From a virus (taxonomy: Duplodnaviria > Caudoviricetes): DNA of 37,350 nt. Shown here one piece after another: positions 25,808-33,637 of the stretch. Under the pieces are notes generated by a model that worked only from the letters and a program-made list of their open reading frames with translations, ran no database searches and was not told the DNA's origin. Position 1 is the first letter of the stretch; the number at the start of each line of letters is the position of its first letter. Both the position numbers and the translations under genes were made by a program. The stretch spans positions 1-37,350 of IMG/VR virus record IMGVR_UViG_3300032212_000076; one strand, given 5' to 3'.

Positions 25808-27010
25808 ATGGCTTGGAACCATAAATCTCGCATCACCGCGATGGCAATCGCCATCCAAGGTGTGGCTGGTGTGTTCACCGCACCTAGCGCCGCTGATCTC
25901 ATTGCTGTGGCGCCGCCGCAGAACAACGAAGAGATCATTCAAACCGAAGATCCGACGGCAACTGGCTCTGTCCACACGCCTGCACGGATCTACCTAGGTA
26001 AGACTGGTGCCATTCAGGCGTCGATGCCAGTGCGTGGGCCGGGCGGTGCATCACCGTTCGCTTCCGGTGAATGGGTGCCTGGGCGCGTGCTTCAAGCGGC
26101 TGGCTATGCCGAAGTTATCAACGCCACGGCTATCTCTGAAGCTGGCGGTACTGGTATGACGGCGACAGCGCTTGTGCTGGGCGCAACTGCTGTGGGCACG
26201 GACGATTTCTATATCGGTTTCCCGGTCCAACATGCTGACATCGGCACTGGTGCGATCAAGGGAACGTCCCTTGTCGACGCCTATACCGGCGCATCCAAGA
26301 CGGCATCTCTGGCCGAAACGCTTGGCAGCACGCCTGGTGACGCGTCGACAGTCACAATCCCGCCTTGTGTGGTCTATCAGCTTGGTACGCTGACGACTGA
26401 TCCGCCCTTGCTGTCGGTATCGGTGTGGAAGGACAAGAAGCGCTACGACTATAAGGACGTGCGCATCAACCAGCTTACCTTCGACCGCCCGGTTTCCAAC
26501 GAGCAGAACCAAGTGTTCCCCTCGATGGATTTCCAGATGAAGGGTCTGGTTGAAGATGTCGCTGACGATACCACGCCTTCGCTGCCGACGTCGCTTCTCG
26601 GGTCCATTCCGCCCTACAAGAACGGCAAGTTCAGCCTTGACCGTGTGGCCCTTGGTCACCAGTCCTCGCGCTTCCAAATGGGCGGCGACGTTGCTGGTGC
26701 ATCGAACAGCCACGCTGAAGAAGGTCAGGACCAGTACGAAATCATGTCGACCACACGGACGCTTGATTTCGACCTGAACCAGATGGCGGTGACTGACTTC
26801 AACATCGAAACCCGCGTGAACGGCCAAAGCACGATGTCTGTGATGTCGACGTGGGGCCAGAGTGCGGGGAACCGGTTCGGCTTCCTCGAGCGTGAAGTGG
26901 TACTCAACCCACTGAACAACCCGGGCGACCGCAACGGTTTCGTCAACCTCACTGGTAATGGTGCGTTTCAGGGCGTAGACAAGTCTTCGACCCTCGCCAT
27001 CTGGTGGTGA
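25808..27010 (+). CDS. major tail tube protein
   Basis: 400-aa beta-rich protein just upstream of the frameshifting chaperone; L.AAG..E, AGNRF, GDRNG. Confidence 0.75.
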   Translation: MAWNHKSRITAMAIAIQGVAGVFTAPSAADLIAVAPPQNNEEIIQTEDPTATGSVHTPARIYLGKTGAIQASMPVRGPGGASPFASGEWVPGRVLQAAGYAEVINATAISEAGGTGMTATALVLGATAVGTDDFYIGFPVQHADIGTGAIKGTSLVDAYTGASKTASLAETLGSTPGDASTVTIPPCVVYQLGTLTTDPPLLSVSVWKDKKRYDYKDVRINQLTFDRPVSNEQNQVFPSMDFQMKGLVEDVADDTTPSLPTSLLGSIPPYKNGKFSLDRVALGHQSSRFQMGGDVAGASNSHAEEGQDQYEIMSTTRTLDFDLNQMAVTDFNIETRVNGQSTMSVMSTWGQSAGNRFGFLEREVVLNPLNNPGDRNGFVNLTGNGAFQGVDKSSTLAIWW

Positions 27011-27070
27011 TTCGCTTCGCTTTCGGATCGGTGTGCGGTCGCTGAACCAACCACCGATCCGGAGTGAACA

Positions 27071-27973
27071 ATGCAACCTTTCGTATTTAGCGCCAAGCCG
27101 CGCCCCTTCTCACCTGCGTCCTTTGAGGGCGTCGTTCTTCTTATTCCCCAGCCTTCGCTCATGGAGCAAGAAGACATCGGGATAGAGCTTTTCCGCCACA
27201 ACATCACGCCGATCACGGACGAAAGCTTCCGCGCGCAGCTTATCCGTGAGATTTTCAACGTCGTAGACGATGACGCGCAGGCTGAAGAATACGCCAACAT
27301 GGTCGAAGAAATGTGGCTGGCCGACCAAGTGCATGGCGACGCTGTGAACATCTGGCAGGCGCAGGAAGACCAGCGCTTGCTCGACATCAAGAACGGCATG
27401 CCGGAAGCGGATCTTCCGCAGGACCCTCTGCCCGCCCACACGATGGGCCGTAAGCGCCGCTCGCAAGCCCTTATCTTCATGGATGAAATGCGCGAGAAGT
27501 CGCAACGTGTCCGCGACCTGACTGTCGAAAAGATGAGCTATGCCAAGCGTCAGCTACGCGGGACCGCTCGTATTATGATCCAAGACTGGGATGGCGTGAA
27601 AGCGCAGTGCGAGCGCAAGGACGGCATCGTGACGGCGGAATCCTATCAAGCCCTCATGCAAGAGATCGGTCGACAGGCGGTGGCCGAGATCGAACAGCAC
27701 TGCATTGAGCTAACTGTTGTCAGCGGGCGAGAGCGGGGAAACTCCGACTCGCCGCTCGATACCGAGTCCGACCTGAATGGTTCGCCGAAACAGATCGAAG
27801 GCTCGGATTCCAGCGGTGGGAATTCGACAACATCACCTACTGGACCAACCCCCGACAGCACATCCGAGAAGACCACCGACGAATCGTCGGCCTCTACTTC
27901 AGCCTCGGATGGGGCGACCTCTCAACCCGTCGATACGCCAGCGGAAGCCACGTCACCGAACCAGTCCGGTTGA
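27071..27973 (+). CDS. tail assembly chaperone (gpG-like)
   Basis: Between tail tube and tape measure; contains slippery heptamer G GGA AAC at 27736-27742. Confidence 0.8.
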   Translation: MQPFVFSAKPRPFSPASFEGVVLLIPQPSLMEQEDIGIELFRHNITPITDESFRAQLIREIFNVVDDDAQAEEYANMVEEMWLADQVHGDAVNIWQAQEDQRLLDIKNGMPEADLPQDPLPAHTMGRKRRSQALIFMDEMREKSQRVRDLTVEKMSYAKRQLRGTARIMIQDWDGVKAQCERKDGIVTAESYQALMQEIGRQAVAEIEQHCIELTVVSGRERGNSDSPLDTESDLNGSPKQIEGSDSSGGNSTTSPTGPTPDSTSEKTTDESSASTSASDGATSQPVDTPAEATSPNQSG

Positions 27974-28023
27974 TCCAAGCTTTCAACATCATCGACGAGT
28001 ATTATCGCGAGAATGCTGAATGA
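27736..28023 (+). CDS. gpT-like extension reached by -1 programmed frameshift (gpGT = 27071..28023)
   Basis: The -1 frame is open from the slip site (GKLRLAARYRVRPEWF...WEFDNITYWTNPRQ...EPVRLIQAFNIIDEYYRENAE) to TGA 28021-28023, which overlaps the next ATG. The frame has no ATG of its own. Confidence 0.85.
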   Translation, partial: GKLRLAARYRVRPEWFAETDRRLGFQRWEFDNITYWTNPRQHIREDHRRIVGLYFSLGWGDLSTRRYASGSHVTEPVRLIQAFNIIDEYYRENAE

Positions 28024-28739
28024 CCTCTGTTACCTTCACGGCAAAGATACCCAACATCGAACGGGGTCTGCGCCGTGAGGTGCAGCGGTTAGAGCGCGAA
28101 CAGCATCGTGCAGGCGTCTCTGCGACGCATCTGGCATCAAAGCGTGGGCAACGCCGTACACAGGCCAAGATGCGCTCCGTTGGCCTCAAGAAGCTGTCCA
28201 ACGCCGTCGGTCAGGCGTCGTCACAGACGAAGCGCCGGCGAAACCTTCAGGACAACCCTTTTGGCGTGATATTCGCCCGTGGCGGCGACGAGAGCCGGGG
28301 CGGTCAAGCGCTGCAAGCGTACACCCAAGGGGCAATCATCAGGCCGCGCAACGGATCGTGGTTGGCCGTGCCGACAGATGCAGCGCAGAAGTTGGTAAGC
28401 GTAGGCGGCCGCCGTCGACGCCTAACCCCAAAGCTGTGGGCGCAAGCGGGCATGAACCAGCGTGTCGGCAAGCTGCGTTTCCGCCAAGTGCGCGGCAATC
28501 TGGCCATGCTTTTCGTGGAAAACGTCAGCCTGTCCCCAAAGACCGGTCGCGCCAAGGTGCTGCCAAAATCAGGCAGGACGAGGACTCGAGTCGTGCCTAA
28601 GCGCCCGGTAGTCATCTTCTGGCTAATCAAGGTAACCCGCCGCGCCAAGCGGTTCGATCAACGAACGATCATGCAGGGTGAGGCAAATCGGGTGCCGACA
28701 TACATGCTTCGCATCCTTAGAGGCTACCGCACGAGCTAA
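28020..28739 (+). CDS. basic neck/tail completion protein (gpZ/HK97 gp10-like, tentative)
   Basis: Very Arg/Lys-rich; GAIIRPRNG.WLAVP and V.IF.L...V.......D motifs. Confidence 0.65.
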   Translation: MTSVTFTAKIPNIERGLRREVQRLEREQHRAGVSATHLASKRGQRRTQAKMRSVGLKKLSNAVGQASSQTKRRRNLQDNPFGVIFARGGDESRGGQALQAYTQGAIIRPRNGSWLAVPTDAAQKLVSVGGRRRRLTPKLWAQAGMNQRVGKLRFRQVRGNLAMLFVENVSLSPKTGRAKVLPKSGRTRTRVVPKRPVVIFWLIKVTRRAKRFDQRTIMQGEANRVPTYMLRILRGYRTS

Positions 28740-28795
28740 TTATCGGGTAAGTCAACCGTGACCACCGATTACGACCGGCCTTTAGGGAGCACCTG

Positions 28796-31700
28796 ATGGT
28801 CAATCGATCGCGCGAATTTACGACTTACGTCAACATAAAGCCGGGACAGGACAACCGAAAGAACCTGGCGCAGATGGAGCGGCAGGCGAAGGATTCGCTC
28901 ACTCGCATCGCGCGCATCTCACAGAGCGCTACAGCACAGTCACGTGGGCAGGTTGGCGGTCGAACATCACCCGGTTCAGTTCAGGCAATGGCGGCAGCCC
29001 AGCGCGCCCAAGCACAAGCAATTCAGCGCACTACCGCGGCACAGGCGGCCAACGCGGTTGCAACCGCCCGGTCCAACGCTGTCGGCGCCCGTCAAGTGGG
29101 AACGACTCGCCGCGCCACGCGTGAAGTCAACCGTCTCGAGCGTGCGCTTCGTTCAGCGTCGATTGCCGCCAACGTCGCGCAGGGTCCACTTGGGCCAATC
29201 GCTGGCCGTATCAGCGCGATCGGCAATGCCGTAGGGCAGCTTTCAGGAATCCAACTCGGATTCATTGGCGCTGGTGCCGGTATTGCTGCGTTTGGCCGGA
29301 TGGCGTCGACAGCCGAAGATCTGAAGTCACAGCTTCGTCCGCTGTTTGAGAGCCAGCAAGACGTCAACATGGCGTGGCGCGAGAGCATCCGGATTGCGGA
29401 TCAGGCTAAGGTTTCAATCCGTCCTGTCGTCGACCTCTACTCTCGACTGACACTAGCTGGCCGCGACGCAGGCTTGCAGATCAATGAGATCACGCAGCTA
29501 ACCGAGATTGCGTCCAAAGCAGCACGCCTGTCAGGCGGCACAGCAACGAGCCAAGAGGCTGGTCTATTCCAGTTCGCGCAAGGCATCGGCTCACAAGAGC
29601 TTCAAGGCGACGAATTGCGGTCTGTGCGTGAGAACACGCTGCGGCTGGCAAAAGCCATCGCTGACGGCCTTGATGTCCCTCTGGCAAAGCTGAAAGAGCT
29701 TGGCGCTGAAGGCGAGCTTACCCCGCGGGTCATCGCCGACGCACTCATCAGCCAAAGCGATAGGATCGACGAAGAACTTTCTCGACTTCCGCCGACGATC
29801 ACCACGTCGACAACGGCCCTGTCTAACGCCTTCACCGCTTACATCAGCGAGAGCAACGAAGCCACCGGGGTGACCACCGCGTTTGCAACGGTTGTCAACG
29901 GGCTTGCCGAGAACCTGAACTTCATTGCAACCGGGCTTCTCAATGCCGGTATCGCATGGGGGAGCTACCGTGCGGCCGTTGCCGCCACGAACATCTCCCG
30001 CACGACCAGCCAACTCATTGCCCAGCGCGCCGAGGTACGCAAAGTTGCGATCGCGCAGCAACAAGCTTCGCAGCAGCAACGTCGCAACAGCGCGCAGGCA
30101 ATCCAGCAATATCGTTCTGAACGAACCGCGCTGGCGTCACGCATCCAGCAGGAGCGCCAATTCCTACAGGCATCGCTCAAGACTGCCCGGGAGCTTCGCA
30201 ATCGGGTGACACCGGGCCAAGGCTTTGTTGCGGGCAACCCGGGCGAGGTTCGCCAGTACCGCGTCGCTCTTGACCGTGTTCGCGTGGCGCAGGATAACCT
30301 CTCTGCATCCAAGAACCGGCTGCGCACAGTTGGCGGCCAGTTGTCGACGCAGATGGGCATCCTAACGACCCACAGTCGTCGCTACCGCACCGCCACCAGC
30401 CGGGCACAGGCGGCGTCGTTCTCGTTCGCTGGTGCCGCCCGGAACCTTCTTGCGCAGATCAACCCGCTTGGCATTGCCATAGCGATCCTGATCCCGCTGT
30501 TGATCCAGTTGGCGTTCCGCAAGGACCGCGCGGCTGAAGCTAGTGACCGGATGGCCGTGGCCGAAGCGGAACTCACCAAGTTCATCGACCAAACCACGGG
30601 CGTGCTTCGGGAGCAAAACGCTGCGCTCATCGAAAACCAGATCCTCAAGCAGCGTACCAACCGCGAAGATGCGCTTGCTGATCGCCGCCGCCTTCGTCGA
30701 CGTGCGCAAGGGCTTGTCGACGGGCGCGATGAAGGTGGATTCGGTGGGTATGCTGGCATTGGCAATGTCAGTGAGACACTTGTTGATCCTCGGGTCCGCG
30801 CAATTCTCGGTTCGCTTTCGAACGACAACAGCCAGACGACATCCGCCGCCATTACCCGTCAGCTTCGTGCGCTTGATGGATTGGATGAGCGCAGCCAACG
30901 CACCGCCGACCGTGCAATTGAGTTGCTGGCGCTTTCCCAAGGGTCAGCCCGTGAGGCGGAACAAGCGCGGGCTGCCACCGCGCTTCTTCAAGGCCAAGGC
31001 ACGGAGGAAGACCGCCGCCGCGCATTTGGCAACTTCACAGGGGAAGACGTCGAATTCACGTCTCCTACACCCACGCCAACCGCATCTCCATCCAGCGGCC
31101 GCAAGGGGCGTTCGCAAGCGGACATTGATGAGCAGCGTCGACGCGAAGAAGAGCGCCGGCTGGAACGCGTCGAACGCCTGACAGACCGCCGCGCCGACAC
31201 TCTCGCCAAGTATGATGAACAGTCCAGCGCCCTAGATCGAGCGCTGCGCGATGCGCGTGAGCTTGACCAGGTTGTCGGCCAAACGATGAATGGCCTTGCT
31301 GCCATCACCGAAGACAATCCGCTTGGCGAGGGAATTTACACCCAAGCCATGGCGGATGCTGACCGTGAACGCATTTTCTACGGTCTACGTGAGCCGATTC
31401 GCGCGGCCATAGAAGAAGAGCAGCAGCGCACCGAGCTACTGACGTTGCGTGCTGACGGTTATGCTCTTGAGGCCGACGCTCTCGAGCAAGCCCTACAGAT
31501 CCAAGAGCGCATTGGCGAAGTCACCAACGACGAGCTTGCCCAACTCATTGAAGAGCGGCGCTATCAGGAGGAAATCAACGACCAGCTTGCCCAGCGCGAG
31601 CGTGTTATGGGTCAGATCCTCGACGTTGCGCAGAACGCCCGTCAGGAAACCGAAGACCTGATCGTCAACTTCCGGCGCAATCCGGCTGATGCGATCAAGA

Positions 31701-33628
31701 ACTTTGCCAACAATCTGATCGACAACGCGGCGCGCATTCAGGCGCGTCAGTTGACCGAGCGGTTGTTTGCTGGCGCAGATGCGAAGCTGCGCGAACTTGT
31801 CGACGGGAAGAACGGCGTTGAGCGCGCCACCGAGATCTTGCGACAGCAGGCGGAAGACGCTGCGGACAGCCATGGCGAGGCGGCTGATGGAGCAACGCGT
31901 CTAGCGACTGCTACCGACCGCGCTGCCGTCTCCATCACTGACGCGGCTCAACGGATCGCCAGCGGTACAATTGCAGATCCGATCGCTGTTGGTGCGCAAG
32001 GCATCGTTTCTGGCGACCAGACCACAGACGAACTTAACGAGGTAACGCGGGCAGTTAGCGCGATCACCAGCGCGGTGACTGGCGGAAGCATCTTTGCGAT
32101 TGCCGCCAGCGCGATCAAGTCATCCGGCGCATTGAGTTCAGTTCAAGGTCTTCAGGAAGGCACGTCATCGGGCGATAACGAAATCGTCGTCACAGGTGAC
32201 CGGCGCAGTGACCGCCCACCTTCGGCGCAAGAAGCATTCAACTCTGTATTTGAGGAAGTCGGCGCGGGCCTCGATAGCATATTCAAGTCGGGAACTTTCT
32301 TCGAAGGCATTGGGGGCGCTGTCGGCGGCGCTCTTCAAGGCGCAGCGCAGGGCCAACTTGCTGGCGGCGTTCTGGATCTGATCGGCTTGCCTAGCAGCAG
32401 CACCGGCTCTGCAATCGGCGGCGCCATCGGTTCATTCCTTCCGATCCCCGGTGGCGGTTTCATCGGCGGCGCTGTTGGCGGCCTTCTTGGCGGCTTGTTT
32501 GGCGGCACTCCGCGTGGATCATCGAGCATTGGCGGCGTAGGCGGTGAGCTTGGCCTTACCGGCTTCAGCGGCAAAAGCGCCCGCAGGGATAGTTCCAACT
32601 CTCTGGCTGGTACAGTCATCGAGAGGGTCAATCAAATTGCCGAACGGCTGGGTGCCACTGTCGACGCCAGCCGCGGTTCGGTTTCGATCGGCACGCGCAA
32701 GAATGACTTCCGTGTTGACCCCACAGGGCGAGGAAATACCAAAACCAGCCGCGGTGCTGTCGACTTTGGTGATGATGAAGAAGCAGCGATTGCCTTTGCG
32801 GTTCGCGATCTCATAACGGATGGCGTCATCACTGGCATCAGCCAAGCGTCACAGAACATCCTTCGTGCAGGCGGCGATCTGGAAACCGCGTTGACGAAAG
32901 CATTCGCGATCGAGGCGATCCCTGATCGACTGCTCGAGATCCAAGATCCGGCCCGCTTTGCCGTGCAGCAGCTTAACGAAGAGTTCGAACGGCTCATTGG
33001 CTACCTGAAGGAAGGCGGCGCCACCGCTGCCCAGTTCGCGGAAGCGCAAGAGCTTTATGACCTTGAGCGCGCCCGGGCTATCGAAGAAGCCACAAACCAG
33101 ACTGTCGACGTGATCCAATCGTACCTTGATGAGATCACTGGCGGTAGCTCGTCACCACTTAATCGCCGCGACACCTTCAACAATGCCTCGTCGCAACTCG
33201 ATGAATTCCGAGAGGCGATTGCCAACGGTGAGGACTATGATGTCAACGAGCTACTGGTGGCAGCCCGCAACTTCCAAGATGCGAGCCGGGCGCTCAATGG
33301 CGCGGGCGCAGGCTTCTTTGAGGATTACAACGATGTGATCCAGTTGCTCGAGCAAGCACGAGACGGTTCTGCCGGCGCCGTAACCGGTGTCGACGACCTT
33401 CCTGCGTCACCATTTGAGACAGACGCCCAGGTTGCAGCCCTTCTCGGTGCGAACAACGACGCGATAAATGACCAGACCGGCGTTCTATCTGGACTGCTTG
33501 CTGACATCCTCGCTTCGCTCGGTGGCACGGGCAGCGGTTCTCTGCTGCCCAATAGCTCGCTCGGTATTCTTCCGGGCTTCGGTGGCGGCGGCCGCCTAGA
33601 CTATGGCTCTACACTCAATCTGGTGTAA
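28796..33628 (+). CDS. tail tape measure protein
   Basis: 1610 aa, Ala/Gln-rich and helical; tape-measure motif LSG.......GL.QF.Q...S..LQGDELRSV.EN; hydrophobic segments. Confidence 0.95.
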   Translation: MVNRSREFTTYVNIKPGQDNRKNLAQMERQAKDSLTRIARISQSATAQSRGQVGGRTSPGSVQAMAAAQRAQAQAIQRTTAAQAANAVATARSNAVGARQVGTTRRATREVNRLERALRSASIAANVAQGPLGPIAGRISAIGNAVGQLSGIQLGFIGAGAGIAAFGRMASTAEDLKSQLRPLFESQQDVNMAWRESIRIADQAKVSIRPVVDLYSRLTLAGRDAGLQINEITQLTEIASKAARLSGGTATSQEAGLFQFAQGIGSQELQGDELRSVRENTLRLAKAIADGLDVPLAKLKELGAEGELTPRVIADALISQSDRIDEELSRLPPTITTSTTALSNAFTAYISESNEATGVTTAFATVVNGLAENLNFIATGLLNAGIAWGSYRAAVAATNISRTTSQLIAQRAEVRKVAIAQQQASQQQRRNSAQAIQQYRSERTALASRIQQERQFLQASLKTARELRNRVTPGQGFVAGNPGEVRQYRVALDRVRVAQDNLSASKNRLRTVGGQLSTQMGILTTHSRRYRTATSRAQAASFSFAGAARNLLAQINPLGIAIAILIPLLIQLAFRKDRAAEASDRMAVAEAELTKFIDQTTGVLREQNAALIENQILKQRTNREDALADRRRLRRRAQGLVDGRDEGGFGGYAGIGNVSETLVDPRVRAILGSLSNDNSQTTSAAITRQLRALDGLDERSQRTADRAIELLALSQGSAREAEQARAATALLQGQGTEEDRRRAFGNFTGEDVEFTSPTPTPTASPSSGRKGRSQADIDEQRRREEERRLERVERLTDRRADTLAKYDEQSSALDRALRDARELDQVVGQTMNGLAAITEDNPLGEGIYTQAMADADRERIFYGLREPIRAAIEEEQQRTELLTLRADGYALEADALEQALQIQERIGEVTNDELAQLIEERRYQEEINDQLAQRERVMGQILDVAQNARQETEDLIVNFRRNPADAIKNFANNLIDNAARIQARQLTERLFAGADAKLRELVDGKNGVERATEILRQQAEDAADSHGEAADGATRLATATDRAAVSITDAAQRIASGTIADPIAVGAQGIVSGDQTTDELNEVTRAVSAITSAVTGGSIFAIAASAIKSSGALSSVQGLQEGTSSGDNEIVVTGDRRSDRPPSAQEAFNSVFEEVGAGLDSIFKSGTFFEGIGGAVGGALQGAAQGQLAGGVLDLIGLPSSSTGSAIGGAIGSFLPIPGGGFIGGAVGGLLGGLFGGTPRGSSSIGGVGGELGLTGFSGKSARRDSSNSLAGTVIERVNQIAERLGATVDASRGSVSIGTRKNDFRVDPTGRGNTKTSRGAVDFGDDEEAAIAFAVRDLITDGVITGISQASQNILRAGGDLETALTKAFAIEAIPDRLLEIQDPARFAVQQLNEEFERLIGYLKEGGATAAQFAEAQELYDLERARAIEEATNQTVDVIQSYLDEITGGSSSPLNRRDTFNNASSQLDEFREAIANGEDYDVNELLVAARNFQDASRALNGAGAGFFEDYNDVIQLLEQARDGSAGAVTGVDDLPASPFETDAQVAALLGANNDAINDQTGVLSGLLADILASLGGTGSGSLLPNSSLGILPGFGGGGRLDYGSTLNLV

Positions 33629-33637
33629 GAACGTGCC

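Noticed and set aside
18480-27076. Long minus-strand ORFs (18480-19448, 21680-22393, 22671-23294, 26051-27076)
   Set aside because: They lie opposite well-supported structural genes, have no motifs, and are expected from GC-rich codon bias.
27777-28019. 80-aa ORF as the gpT candidate
   Set aside because: It is in the +1 frame with R/P-rich sequence. The -1 frame fits the slippery site and ends in an ATGA overlap.
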